Origin: Octopus vulgaris
Taxonomy: Eukaryota
Assembly: GCA_951406725.2 (NCBI GenBank)
Contig: OX597826.1
Coordinates: 40,672,001 to 40,736,000, forward strand
DNA: 64,000 nt
Direction of reading: 5' to 3'
Below the pieces are notes generated by a model. The model did not search any database and was not told the DNA's origin. It saw only the letters and a list, made by a program, of their open reading frames with translations. A program made the translations under genes and the position numbers. Positions 25,565 through 38,834 of this stretch are shown piece by piece; position 1 is the stretch's first letter; each line of letters starts with the position of its first letter.

Positions 25565-26981
25565 TGAGGGTGCTGAAAAGTTTCTGGCTTTGGGTACAGG
25601 ACGATCAGTTAATCATGATTTTATTCTATACTAGCATTATCGCCCGGCGTTGCTCGGGTTGTAAGGGAAATAACTATATAAGCATTTTTAGAGAGTTATA
25701 GCCAAAAAATAGCAAAAAAATGCATTAAAAATTGAAAAAAAATTAAGGTAATTTTTTTTTTAAATCGTTGACACATCGTAGATATTTTTATATAAAAGCG
25801 AAAAAAATGCATTAAAATGGAAAAATATGATGGTAAATTTTTTTTAAATCGTAGACTCATCGTAGACGCGCGCTAATACCCAGAAGGGCTCGATATGAAT
25901 CACGACTATAAGATACCCGCTTTTGGTTAAACTGCACCGCAAAATGTGGGAGTAGTTAGGAATCTAAATCGTAGGAGACAGACACACAACTTCACTCTTA
26001 TATAAAGATGCTTTTTTTTTTCAGTCATAGAGTTAGATTTATGAAGGTCTTCAGTAGAAAATCCTTCGAATTCTGACTCGCTGCTTGATATAATGAAATT
26101 CGTATCCATTTTTTGTCAGAATTACAAATTTTGAAAACACAATAGGAAATGAGTAAAATAAAAACCAATTTACCTTTTCTGTCCGTCCGTGTGTCTTTGC
26201 AAATGTGTTGGAATGATAAGTGAGTTGTGATTTGGCGCCTTTTTTACTAATAACAAACACACACGTGTTTGTATGTAGTTGTATATGTATGTGTATGCGT
26301 GTGTGTTAGGAATGACACACACACACTCACGCACGCACACATGTACATCAATGCTTTCGGAGTGATATGTTAAAATATTGAGTTTTCTCGAATTTTGTCT
26401 TAATTGGTGGTAAAATTGAAAGAAATTTTTTTATGGCATCACCCACTGAAGTACTCAGAAAAATCTTAGGTAAACTCTAATTGAAGAAATTGTGTATTTA
26501 TTTGTTTCTGTTTGCTGTGTTTTTTTATTTTTTGAGTAGTGGTTTAAATACTTTCACTTTAGTCTTCCTCAAATCACTCTGTCGCTATTTACTTTCATTT
26601 TATTCGTCGCACACTGTGTGTGTGCGTTTGCGTGTGGTGTAAACCAGACTAAGAAAAGCATTTGACACACACACCAGAATGTGAGTTTTCTGTAAATTTT
26701 GCTTAATTGGAGTTTAAATTTTAAAAACTGGACCTGGCATGACGCGATGCATTGTACTCTTAAAAATGCTAGGTAAATTGTAATTGAAGAAATCCTATAT
26801 TGTAGATTTCTATAACTCCCAAAGGGAGGCAGATAAAATCTGCCTTTTATAATAAGAGATATTCTCCTCTCAGATTCACACACTTATTGCCGGCAGCGCG
26901 TCTTCACTTTTTCAAAGGTTGGGCCTCCAACTAGGCTTTTCGTGAGACCCTTAAAGCCAGGAATTTTTCAGCAACTCTTCC
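25565..26981. mobile_element. Mariner-type MITE interrupted by a Helitron
   Basis: TIRs gagggtgctgaaaagtttctggcttt and aaagccaggaatttttcagcaactc; TA flanks. Confidence 0.75.
25631..26859 (-). mobile_element. Composite non-autonomous Helitron (two 5' TC-type ends, one 3' end)
   Basis: 3' hairpin cccgagcaacgccggg then CTAG at 25631; 5'-like ends TCTTTATATAAG at 26008 and TCTCTTATTATAAA at 26859. Confidence 0.75.
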
Positions 26982-27007
26982 TATATATGTATGTCAATAC
27001 GCCTGTA

Positions 27008-27063
<56 letters not shown>

Positions 27064-27096
27064 TATATTTCGGAATGGTCATTTTTGCCAATTTAT

Positions 27097-27264
27097 ATAT
27101 ACGACGGGCTTCTTTCAGTTTCCGTCTACCAAATCCACTCACAAGGCTTTGGTCGGCCCTAGGCTATTGTAGAAGACACTTGCCCAAGGTGCTACGCAGT
27201 GGGACAGAACCGGAACCATGTGGTTCGTAAGCAAGCTATTTACCACACAACCACTTCTACGCCT
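27097..27264 (-). mobile_element. SINE family B 5' half, part of a local duplication
   Basis: Matches 24750-24921 together with its flank. Confidence 0.85.
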
Positions 27265-27367
27265 ATGATTACATTCTATTCACAAGAATTATAACAGTAC
27301 ATTTGTGAAATTGGTAGAGAGTGGAATAAAATATCTTGTGGTAGATATGCACAACAAATATATGAAC

Positions 27368-27436
<69 letters not shown>

Positions 27437-27499
27437 ATTCGACATTAAATTTCACACACTAGAACTTGATAAAACGATTAATTTAATATACGTTACAGA

Positions 27500-28366
27500 G
27501 AAACCGAACATTTAAGCTCAGAGATTTATTACTTAAACTTTATCAATGGCCCATACTCTTTGACACTCGCTCATTGCTTAAGTTCGATATGGTGTCAAAG
27601 GTCAACTTCTTTCTGTTTCTCACTGAACGATATTTTGTGGATGTTACTGCAGTTATTGTTTTTTTCTTTCAAAATGACCAACGAACAACACTGATTAAAT
27701 TAATGACCCCCAATATTGTCAAATTCTGCATATTGATGTGTAAAATCTCTCACACACTTCGCTGAATGGTCACAGCAACATTACTTGTCTATTCCTCCTC
27801 AATTCATTTCCCGCCCCGCTTCTTTTCTTGTGTTTGTTGCTTTTATCTTTGTTTCAAGATGGATGACTTTCCTTTAACTTAAAAATATTCGCCACAAACA
27901 AAGGTTGTGTGAAATTTGATCGGAAACTATCATGTTTCCTTTCTCCTTTGTATCATCTTAATCTCCCCTGGGTGATAAAAAGTCACCATCACTAAGTTAC
28001 ACGATTAGCACCGTTACACAGTTGCTACCAGTTTGCTACAATATGGCGGTCCTGAGTATTTTTTATTTTAAATTTGTGTTTTGTTTTATAAAATTATTTT
28101 TTTAAATAAATATAAATATTCTTTTGTTATATTTATTACAGAGAAACATCCAGAAATATGTGAGCAGCGTTGTCCGAGGTCGTACGCGACAGACGTTCCG
28201 ACAAACGTCCCACCATCTTGCATTTCGTTCAGGGACCAACTGACTGCTCTGTTTAGATATCTCCGTCTAATTATATATATCAATATGTCCTGACTGATGT
28301 TGCCAATTAATGTAATCTTTAGTCAGTTAATGTAATCTTTAGTCAACTTCAGTCAAATTAGATTTG
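27500..28366 (+). repeat. Unclassified dispersed repeat, copy 1 (inverted copy at 57223-58090)
   Basis: Long reverse-complement match; both copies give the same pseudo-ORF KYKYSFVIFITEKHPEICEQRC. Confidence 0.9.
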
Positions 28367-28602
28367 AAAAATGTCAACTGAACTGGAAACAAGAAATCTA
28401 ATTAGAATCAGAATACAAAAACTGGGCTTGATATATATGAGATTCCATAGATACATACATACATACATACATACATACATACATACATACATACACACAT
28501 ACATGCATACATACATACATAAAAACAGAGAGAGAGTAAGGGAGACAGATAGATACACATGTAAATATATATGCTGTATATGTACGTATGTGTATCTATT
28601 AT

Positions 28603-29248
28603 AGGCGCAGGGGAGGTTGTGTGGTAAGAAGTTTACTTCCCAACTACATGGTTCTGGGTTCAATCCCACTGCATGGCAACTTGAATAAGGGACTTCCGCT
28701 ATTGACACAGGCCGACCAAAACTTTGTGAGTGGATTTGGTAAATGCCCGAGGAAGCATATACTTATAATGGAGGCATACTCAAGATTCATAGATATCATA
28801 AATGATATCTAATATCCTATGAATGTGAAAATATCCTCAAAGATGAACATGTGGGATGCTGAAACTTTATTCATGTCGCGACACATGAATAAAGCCTAAA
28901 AATTTCCATTCACAATTCATTTTCATTAATACTATATGTGTATGTGTATGTGTGTGTGTGTGTGTGTGTGCGTGTGTGCGTGTGTGTCTGTCTGTGTGTA
29001 TAGGTGTGTGTGTTTCTGTGTGTGTTTGTGTGTGTATGCGTTTGTGTCTGTGTCTCTGGTTGTCCCCTCACCACCGCTTGACAACAGGTGTTGGTGTGTT
29101 TACGTCCCCGTTCAGCCGAAAAGAAAAAGATAGAATAAGTACCAGGATTAACTAAATTAGTACTGGGTACGACTAAAAATTCTTTAAGGGGGTGTCCCAG
29201 CATGACCGCAGTCTAATGATTGAAACAAGTAGAAAATAAAAGATAAAA
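28603..29248 (+). mobile_element. SINE family B split by an unrelated ~190 bp insert and (TG)n
   Basis: Head at 28603-28742, tail at ~29040-29248. Confidence 0.75.
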
Positions 29249-29301
29249 GTTGTGTGTTTGTGCGTGCGTGCGTGCCAGGTGATGTGAGGTTAAAGTATAA
29301 G

Positions 29302-29428
<127 letters not shown>

Positions 29429-29436
29429 TATACATA

Positions 29437-30858
29437 TCTATATATATAAAACTGAGAATGTGTGTGTTTCCCTAAAACTTGAGAACTACAAAACCAATTT
29501 CATTCAAATTTTACACATGCCTTACTTAGGGTCCATGTAGTTTCATGGGCAAAAACAATGTTCAACTTCTTGCCTAGGGTGAGCCCATAGCAATATATCA
29601 TATCTTCTCCACTAATTCAGTATTACGTGTTAAAAGTGAAACAAAAACATTTCTCTATTTTATGTCAGATGCTTTCACTTTAACAATAAAAATAATAATA
29701 ACAATTGAATTATATGTGGTAAGTAATAATTAAAATCAAACTAAAGTATAATATAATCGTAATATAACAAAAGTAAAAATAGCAATTGGTATAAAATTGC
29801 ATCAATGATTTGAACTTGAATAAGTAGTTTCACATGAATGGGAATAAATTAAAAATAAAATTAGCGTGCAGAAATGGAATAGTCCAGATGGACTATTATA
29901 CATAAAGGACTATAGCTTCAACTGCGTACTGTTTTTTGATTCACTATAAGATTTGTTGTTATTATTATAACTGTTTAACTAATGTTATCACGTTTGTTGG
30001 TTCCTCGTAAGGGAAATGTTGTTGTGTTGCATTTGTTAAATAATTGTAAACTGTAACCCTCCCCCTTTGGGAGAAGGAGCTTTGGTTATTGTGTCCTTGT
30101 TTGGGGAAATTGGCAATATTTTCACCGTTTACGCGGAAGCATTTTTGTTAGAATACCTTCGATAGAAGAAAGTCCAAAAATGAATTTCGCTGCAGCCGTC
30201 GGCGGGCGCGAACTCATTAAGATTAAAATGGAATACAAACCTATTTCGGATTGATCACCGACAAAGACGGTGAATCTAGGATAACACCACCAAACGAAAT
30301 TAAAAATTAGATTAAAGAAAAGACTATTGTCTATAAAGTATACAATATAAAGAAGAAAAAAAAGATTTGAACACCTGGATGAAACCACCATCGAAAAGTG
30401 TCTTGGTGCGACTATGAAAGATATCTAACCAGAGGCGGTAAATTCGCCACAAAAGAAGCAAGGTTCGAGTCAACGGAGTACTCGACTCGAACCTTGCAAG
30501 GGAGTACTCGACTCGAACCTTGCAAAGTGGAAATATTTTATTTTCACTTTTATATCTGGGACGTACGACGTCCCGGATAAAAATTTAAAATATCCCCCCA
30601 GAAGTAGAGGTAGGCTGGATTGTAGCCACACTCCTATACAAGATACAATTGATCGAAATTGCAAGAGACGGGCCTACAATTCCAGTCTGTTATATATTTT
30701 GAGTATTGTTATCACTAGCGATATCAAGATATAACTTTGTATTTTGTATTTTATGTGTAGATGTATATATATAGATGTACATGTAATATGTACACATATA
30801 TATACACATATATATATGCATTAGCACTATGAACCGGCAAAGACGGGTCATAATGCTA

Positions 30859-30859
<1 letters not shown>
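29437..30859 (+). mobile_element. Non-autonomous Helitron
   Basis: A|TCTATATATATAAAACTGAG start; accggcaaagacgggt hairpin then taatgCTAG|T end. Confidence 0.75.
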
Positions 30860-30889
<30 letters not shown>

Positions 30890-30894
<5 letters not shown>

Positions 30895-31158
30895 ACAAAA
30901 TAATAAATAAAACATATGCATATATACAAACATATATGTACGTACCTACATCTATATGTATATATACATGCATATATGAGTACAGGACACAAAAAAAACG
31001 TCGAACACAATAAGAAACGAAAACAAAACACAAAACCAAGGAAATGGACATTTTTTTTTTACCTGTACCCATATATGCATGTATATATACATATAGATGT
31101 AGGTATGAACATATATGTATGTATATATGCATATGTTTTATTTATTATTTCGTTATTA
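30890..31158. repeat. ~97-bp inverted repeat pair around a ~75-bp spacer (Penelope-like remnant in (TA)n)
   Basis: 30890-30986 versus 31062-31158; a related arm occurs at ~45448-45552. Confidence 0.75.
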
Positions 31159-31187
31159 TATGATAGAACGCACGCATCCACTTCTAA

Positions 31188-31226
<39 letters not shown>

Positions 31227-32218
31227 GCACCCTCAACGAAGGATCATGAAATACTGTGAAAGAATTTTCCTCTCACTCTTAGTCTTTTTCTCCTCTCCTC
31301 CTCCTCCACCCACCTCTCTTCCATCTCCATACCCCATCTACCTCTCATCCCGACTGTATTCTCAGAGGTTAATGAATCAACACAGAAAGGTCACTAACTT
31401 ACGTTTGGCACTCTAATTCACGTTATCTGTGAAACGAGAAGATAAACAGAATTGGTGGTGGTGGTGGTGGTGGTGGTTGTAGCGGCGGCGGCGGTAATGG
31501 TGGTGGTGGTAGTGGTCCTGAGAGTGGTGGTGTGAATGAGATGATGGTGGTGGTGCTGCTGCTGGGTGGGGGTGGGGAATGATATTGGCAATGATGGTAG
31601 TGATGATGAAGCTTCCGTGTTTGTGCGTGCAGATTTTGCTTCTATTTGTGTGTACGTGTTGGGTGAAACGAGGTGGGGGTGGGGGTATTGCGCGTGAGCG
31701 TGTATGTGCATATGTGTGAGTGTGTGTGTGAGTGTGAGTGTGTGTGTGCGGATGTGCGTTGGTGTGTGGTTGAACGAAGAGGATTCTGGCGTTTACGCAT
31801 ACAACGGATGTGCATGCGTGCCTTCTGTAGAGTATGTGTTTGGCCGAAGAAAGGATGAAGATGTGTACGTCTTCTTGTGTGTTTTTGGTATATATATGTA
31901 AAAGGGTGTGCGCGTATGTTTATGAATGTATGTGTGAGAGCGTGTGTCTGTTCGCGTGTGTATGTGCGTGTGTGCATCTGTATGAATATGTGTGTGTCTG
32001 CGTGTGATCGTGTGTATGTGTGTGCTTGTCATTGTTAATGGTTATCAACAGACAAATAACTTTGTAATACTGTTACGTTTGCGTTATGTTCTGAGTTCAA
32101 ATCCCGCCGAGGTCGGTTTTGCTTTTCAATACCAGCTAAAAACAGGGGGTCAGTATACTCAACAATATTCCTCCACAAAACGTTTGTAGCCTGTTTATCT
32201 CAACCCATGGTTTTATAC

Positions 32219-32801
32219 CAGTGGTTCTTAACCGGGGTCCACATGACCCTGGCGGGTCCATATGAGATTTTGCTGTTAAAATTTATGCGCAATAACTTGC
32301 TTATATTTTTGCAATATACAAATTATTTTAACTTTTTAATGTAATTCCTAATAATATTTAATTATAAAAATACGGTAGAGTTTTTCTTTTTATATACGAG
32401 GGGGTACCCAAAAGAAACAGGAATTTTGTAATATTATTTTATTCACTTAGCGTCCTTGCAAGCTGTTTGAAGCATGACAACTGTTTCGGCCGCCATTTTC
32501 CCCAGCAGAAAACAGAATTTCACGGAAGCACGCTGTTCCTCCGTTTCAGCCATCGCAAAATCGACGATCGGGGGAGAAACAAGCAAAACAAAGACGCAGC
32601 ATGTGGCAGTACGACCTCACTCGACGACGCCGGTCGGCAAACTGATGTCTGAGGATCGCATCAAGTGATTTCTAGCGGTGGAAGAATGAACTACAGCGGG
32701 CTTGTCCCACATAGAACATTTTCAATTATTTTTGGGTACCCCCTCGGACATGAAATGACTATCAAAGGAGTCCATTGGCAAAAAAGGGTTGAGAAACACT
32801 G
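32219..32801. mobile_element. hAT (Charlie-like) MITE
   Basis: CAGTGGTTCTTAACC...GGTTGAGAAACACTG termini; decayed 8-bp TSD ttttatac/ctttatat. Confidence 0.8.
32397..32746. mobile_element. Mariner-type MITE nested in the hAT MITE
   Basis: Perfect 17-bp TIR cgagggggtacccaaaa / ttttgggtaccccctcg; TA on the left flank. Confidence 0.85.
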
Positions 32802-33145
32802 CTTTATATACAATCTGTTGTCAAATCTGAGAGGTCGGTGGTTCTGTTTATTTAGTTAACTCCAACTTAAGAAGATAATGACATTCTGTTTGATTAGGGC
32901 TGATCTGGGGCTAACTAAATCATCATTGCGAACGAGGAATTTTCTATGTAGTCTTTCGACATGCTGGGAATAATAGTAAACACTCTTTCAAACATCACAC
33001 ACCGTCTTTAAAAACGGATATATTAGATAATGTGGTCCTACGTAATCGTAAAGAAACACCGGTGGATGGTCTTAGAATGCCATTTGATCATGTCTGCATG
33101 ACTGGAGCTGACCAGGGCCAAACAACGAAAATAGATTGTATAAAG

Positions 33146-33240
33146 CAGTGTTCCTCAATCATTTTTTTGCCAATGGACCCCATTTGATTTCCGTCTTTAT
33201 CCATAGCCATTTAATGTACGAGGGGGTACCCAAAACAACC
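33146..33240 (-). mobile_element. Second, partial copy of the hAT-end plus mariner-TIR junction
   Basis: cagtgttcctcaatc...gccaatggacccc...atttaatgtacgagggggtacccaaaa. Confidence 0.7.
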
Positions 33241-33377
33241 AATGCGCTTTTGTTTTTGTTCTCCTCTTTATAATCGACACAAACCCCTTTTCGCGCGCGC
33301 GCACGTTTGTTTCTGTTTCGTCCTAGTATTGCCTTCACTACCATACGGATTTTGTGGTCAATTATTATAATTATCAT

Positions 33378-33678
33378 TCATGGCTTAGTGAGTAAGGTGT
33401 TGCACTCACGACCGCTAGATCGTAATTTCAATTCTTAGACGGGATGGTGCGTTGTGTTCTTCAGCAAAACACTTCATCTCATGTTGCTCTGGGATCACTT
33501 CAACACCTGACATGTAGTACACCATGCATCTGTTCAACGTCGATTTGAAGGATAGAGTGTGGAAATGTGCAGTACAAACACTTGATCACTATAAACAAAT
33601 CATTTGTGCAGCTCGTTTGGCAAAAGCTGAACGCTCATACGTCGTTTTTGAGGGAAGAGTCCGTCATCATCATCATCA
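33378..33678 (+). mobile_element. Degenerate tRNA-derived SINE (family D-like head, distinct tail, (CAT)n end)
   Basis: tggcttagtg head; gtgttcttcagcaaaacacttcat core shared with 16374. Confidence 0.65.
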
Positions 33679-33687
33679 TTAGTATTA

Positions 33688-33840
33688 TGTTCTGAGCTCA
33701 AAATCCGTCTAGGTTGACTTTGCCTTTCATCCTTTCGAAGCTGATAAAATAAGTACCAGTGAAACACTAGGGTCGATGTAGTTGACTAGTCCCCTCCCCA
33801 CAAATTTCAAGCCTTGTGCCTTCAGTAGAAGGATTATTAC
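33688..33840 (+). mobile_element. SINE family A, 5'-truncated
   Basis: gactttgcctttcatcctttcg...aagtaccagt. Confidence 0.8.
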
Positions 33841-33842
33841 AG

Positions 33843-33990
33843 AGGCGCGAGCGTGGCAAAAGGCACAGGCGTGGCAAAAGGCGCAGGCGTGGCAAAAGGC
33901 GCAGGCGTGGCAAAAGGCGCAGGCGTGACAAAAGGCGCAGGCGTGGCAAAAGGCGCAGGCGTGGCCATAGGCGCAGGCGTGGCTACAGGC
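33843..33990 (+). repeat. 18-bp minisatellite (GGCGTGGCAAAAGGCGCA), about 7-8 units
   Basis: Directly visible tandem units. Confidence 0.95.
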
Positions 33991-34009
33991 TTGGTCACAG
34001 TCGCACACA

Positions 34010-34332
34010 TGGAAGTGTAGTATGAAATTCGCTTCTCAACCACACGGTTCTAGATTCAGTACCACTGCGTGGCACAGCGGGTCGATCAAAGTCTTATGAA
34101 TGGATTTGGGAGACAAAAAACATATAGAAGCCCGTCTAGTGTGTGTGCGCGCGTGTCCATTTTGTCCCACACCAGTGCCTGACAACTAGTATTGTTTAGT
34201 CTACGTTACTGTAACTTAGCGGTTCAGTAAAAGAAACGACAGAACAAATTTTAGGCTTTTAAAAAATAAGTACCGGGGACTAAAAACCTTCAAGGCGGTG
34301 ACCTAGAATGGCTGCAGTCCAATGACTAAAAA
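34010..34332 (+). mobile_element. Degenerate SINE family B
   Basis: caaccacacggttctagattcagtaccactgcgtggcac...ggatttggg. Confidence 0.75.
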
Positions 34333-35102
34333 AGCTATATGTCTGAGTATAAATATGTGTGTATATATATATATTATGTATTATATATATATATATATGT
34401 GCTATATATATTAATTAAATATACGCACGTGCGCGCAGATTTTACAGAGTCTCATATTCACATATATACACGCGCAGACACAGTTGCATATATACCCGCG
34501 TGTCAATACATGCAGGTATGCTTGTGCACCCGAAAATGGATTCGTTCTTACAAACATCCGCTCGCATATAAACTGATTATATAAATTTAAAATAAGCCAA
34601 ATAAATTAAATGTTGATAAAAATAAAATAACGATTAAAAACATTATTCGGGCAAAAATCGGTACACAGCAAGAAGACATTTGGTGGCGATGGTGGGGGTG
34701 GATTAGGCAATGTCAGAAAGAACCGGAAGTGGCAAGAAATCTTTAAAATAGTTTTGGAAAGCTATCAAGAATTGACGCTAAGTTTCACAGAAATTGTATC
34801 CCATCAAAAGTAAAGGGTTTCATGCATGTTAAGGGCGGTTTACAGAGGCTCAAAAGGGATTTTGATGCATGTTTACTGGGATTTAAGTGTTCTGACCTTA
34901 CAAGTAAGTCATTGAGATCTTGTTCCAAGATAAATATTCTATTTTATTATTTTCTCGTTAGGCACAAATAGAGAAGAAAGCCTGGGCTGAAAAGCTTCCA
35001 GGGTGTGACCCAGATGAATCCAAACAATATTGTGCGTATGATCAGTTGCCTCATTAAGAAATGCTCATGTGTGTGTGTGTATGTGTGTGTGTGTGTGTGT
35101 GT

Positions 35103-35556
35103 ATCTTTTATCGTTTACTTGTTTCACTCATTAGACTGCAGCCATGCTGGAGCACCGCCTTGAATTTTTATTTTAGTTGATTGAATCGACTTCAGTGACT
35201 TTTTTTTTTTACTTTAGGACTGGTATTTACTCTATCCGTTTCTTTTGCCGGACCGTTAAGTTATGGAAACGTAAACACTCCACCGCCGGTTGTCAAGCGG
35301 AGGAGATAGACAAACACAGACAAAACGACAACCCCCCCCCCCCACACACACACACATATATATATCTATATGTATATACGGTGGGCTTCTTTCAGTTTCT
35401 GTCTACCAAATCCACTCACATGTCTTTGGTCAACCACAGACTATAGTAGAAGACACTTGCCCAAGGGACCTCGCAGTGAGACTAAACCCTGAACCCTGAA
35501 CCCAGAACCATGTGGTTAGGAAGCAAGCTTCTTGCTACACCGCCACGCCAGCGCCT
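35103..35556 (-). mobile_element. SINE family B
   Basis: Reverse complement of family B head, body and tail. Confidence 0.85.
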
Positions 35557-35896
35557 ATATATAAGATATTTATAGTTGATTTTGTTGCTGTTGTTACTGC
35601 TACTGCTCATGCCACTATTTTCAAGAGAGATCGCTTACATCAAAAATCAATCGCCTATAAAAGGCCAAAACGAAAAGCTTCGCGAACAGCTGACGTTACA
35701 GGGGCGGTTATTTGTCAGTGTATATATACAGCACGCTTCTTACAGCGTTACGAGTTTTTAACTCTTATTTCCTGCAATGTAGGTGCTTCGGCACCCCCAG
35801 TCGCAATTAGGAACGATAAAATTTTTCCTTTATGCTATTATATTACGTATGCAGTTTATATTGATTTATACATACATATACACATACATACACATA

Positions 35897-36190
35897 TATC
35901 ACGTGATCGACCAGGTTATCAGATGTTGCTACACATCGCTGGTCACAATGCCCTTTGCATTATTTTTTGTCAAATAGTGACGCTGGCTAAACGAGCAGGC
36001 CAACAGAAGTAAGAGTGAGAGAAAGTTGTGGCGAAAGAGTACAGCAGGGATCGCCAACACCCCCTGCCGGAGCCTCGTGGAGCTTTAGGTGTTTTCGATC
36101 AATAAACACTCACAACGCCCTGTCTGGGAATCGAAACCGCGATCCTACGACCGCGAGTCCTTTGCACTAACCACTGGGCCATTGCACCTC
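35897..36190 (-). mobile_element. SINE family C, tail type 2
   Basis: Matches 22670-22980. Confidence 0.88.
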
Positions 36191-36193
36191 AAA

Positions 36194-36262
<69 letters not shown>

Positions 36263-36489
36263 TTTATATCTGTTTTTGTCTCTATGTGTCTGTTTGTCCC
36301 CCACCACCGCTGCTGTGTTTACGGTCCGTAACTTAGCGGCTTGGTGAAGGAAACTGATAGAACATGTACCAGGTTTTAAAGAAAATGATACTGGGGGTCG
36401 ATTCGTTCGATTAAATTCTTTTCATGGCGGTACCCCAGCTTGGCCGCAGTTCTAATGATTGAAACAAGTAAAAACAAAAGATTATCAGC

Positions 36490-36637
36490 GTAAACACCGT
36501 CATCATAATTTTCACCGTCTTCCTTATCATCATCATCATCACCATCATCACCACCATCACAATCACCCCTTCCACCACCATCACCATTATCATCATTACC
36601 ATCGTCCTCGCCATCATCATCATCATCCTCATCATCC

Positions 36638-36689
<52 letters not shown>

Positions 36690-36923
36690 TATCATCATGA
36701 TCATCATCATCGTCATCATCGTCATCATCGTCCTCATCATCCTCCTCCTCCTCCTCATCATCATCATCATCATCATCATCATCGTCATCATCATCATCAT
36801 CATCATCATCGTCACCATCGTCATCATCGTCCTCATCATCATCATCATCCTCATCATCATCATCATCATCATCCTCATCATCATCATCATCATCCGCATC
36901 GTCATCATCATCATCATCATCCG

Positions 36924-36957
<34 letters not shown>

Positions 36958-37095
36958 GTCGTCACCATTATTTTTATGGTCCTTGCCGTAGTTCTTGCGG
37001 GACGATATCTTTTATCAAGTTGTATTTTTGTTATTGCTGTTGTTACTGTTTGTGTTGTTGTTTTTGTTGTTGTTGTTGTTGTTGTTGCTGCTGTT
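36490..37095. repeat. (CAT)n tract with CGT/CCT interruptions, followed by (TTG)n
   Basis: Visible triplet repeats. Confidence 0.95.
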
Positions 37096-37515
37096 ATTCA
37101 ATTTTACGAGGAAAACCGTATCTCTCTGACTGGAAGCGGCGCTCGAACTGTACTTTTTAGCATTTCTGCTGCTTTGTCTTTCTCTCTCTGCTATAAACAG
37201 TCACCAGGGCCATATGGCGCCCGCAACTGTTCGCTTTGACCCAACACACATAACAAACCACAACTATAACAACAGCAGCAGCAACAACAACAACAACAAC
37301 AACAACATCAGCAATAGCAACGTCTATTTTATAGAATAACAATCACTGCTGATAACAAACCCCAAAAAAAAACACTTTCATTCAATTTAATGTCGAAAGC
37401 AAATATATTTGCAGTTAAAAGATGAAACGATCCTTTGAGGAGTGTATACATGAATACACACAAACACACAAATAGACATACACACGCACTCACATACACA
37501 CACGCACGCACACAT

Positions 37516-37584
<69 letters not shown>

Positions 37585-37619
37585 TCACGCACATATATAA
37601 CACACACACATACACACAT

Positions 37620-37684
<65 letters not shown>

Positions 37685-37831
37685 TATATGTCTATATACA
37701 CATATGTATGTATGTATGTATGTATATATACTTTTGTAACAACATGGAATTACATATTTCTCCATCTATAGAGACACTGCAATCGTATTTATCTATCAAT
37801 TTGTCTGAATAGATAGATAGATCGATCGATC

Positions 37832-37870
<39 letters not shown>

Positions 37871-37879
37871 CGATCGATC

Positions 37880-37928
<49 letters not shown>

Positions 37929-38311
37929 ATAAATAAAATAATTCGAAGGATATGTCTTAGAACACCATATTTTACCTACGCCTTCGAAAAAATATTTAAA
38001 TTTCAATGAATACTCCACCTTTCTTTTACTGAATATATCTTCGATTAACTAGACTTTCGGCCAATTTATGTTTCGGCCAATATGCTTTAGACCAATGAGT
38101 TTTCGGCTGATATAATTAGGACAATGTCTGGGGAAGGCTCTTCCAATAATCTCAAATGATGGAGACATCTGAGGTTAAACAGACATAAACCTTGTAGTAG
38201 TACTCAATACCACGAGAAAATATACCGACAGGTCCGTTGGCAACGTTGTTGACCAAATAATTTATGCTTTTGCTGCTGTGAAAAACAGAAAACATTATTT
38301 CTATATGATAA

Positions 38312-38530
38312 AGGCGACGAGCTGCAGAATAGTTAGCACGCCTGGAATAATGCTTAGCGATATGTCATCCGTCTCTACATTCTGAGTTCAAAGTCCACTG
38401 AAGTTGATTTTGCTTTTCATCCAGTTGGGACCGATAAGATAAGTACCAGTTGAACTATAGGGTCAATGTAATCGACTTAACCCCACCCTACTCCTAAATT
38501 GCTGGCTCCGTGCCAAAATTTGAAACCGAT
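38312..38530 (+). mobile_element. Degenerate SINE family A
   Basis: ggcgacgagctgcagaatagttagcacg...gagttcaaagtcc. Confidence 0.8.
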
Positions 38531-38740
38531 ATTTCTATGCAATTGCATTTAGCAGAATTTTTACTAATTGTGTACTGTGATTGATAAGAAGACTTTTTAT
38601 TGATAAGAATAAGGTATTTATCGAAATTATTACCGTATTTTATGGCATAATAGTTGATGCAGTAAAATCATGTAAGGCCTGCAATTATGTATGTATGTGT
38701 GTGTGTATGTATGTATGCATGTATGTATAAATATATATAT

Positions 38741-38834
<94 letters not shown>

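Noticed and set aside
28081-28293. Small conserved protein shared with 57291-57548
   Set aside because: The similarity comes from the DNA repeat; the starts differ, the N-terminus is AT-rich and low complexity, and no domain is recognisable.
33727-34008. CHACAF-repeat ORF (metallothionein-like) or CRISPR-like array
   Set aside because: It is a spacer-less 18-bp tandem repeat between two SINEs, with no cas genes and a eukaryotic context.
36459-37160. His-rich ORF suggesting a histidine-rich structural protein
   Set aside because: It is a (CAT)n microsatellite starting inside a SINE tail, with no signal peptide and open in several frames.
38052-38135. 15-bp periodic ttcggccaa units as a regulatory array
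   Set aside because: About five degenerate units, more simply explained as MITE subterminal repeats; no ends were identified.
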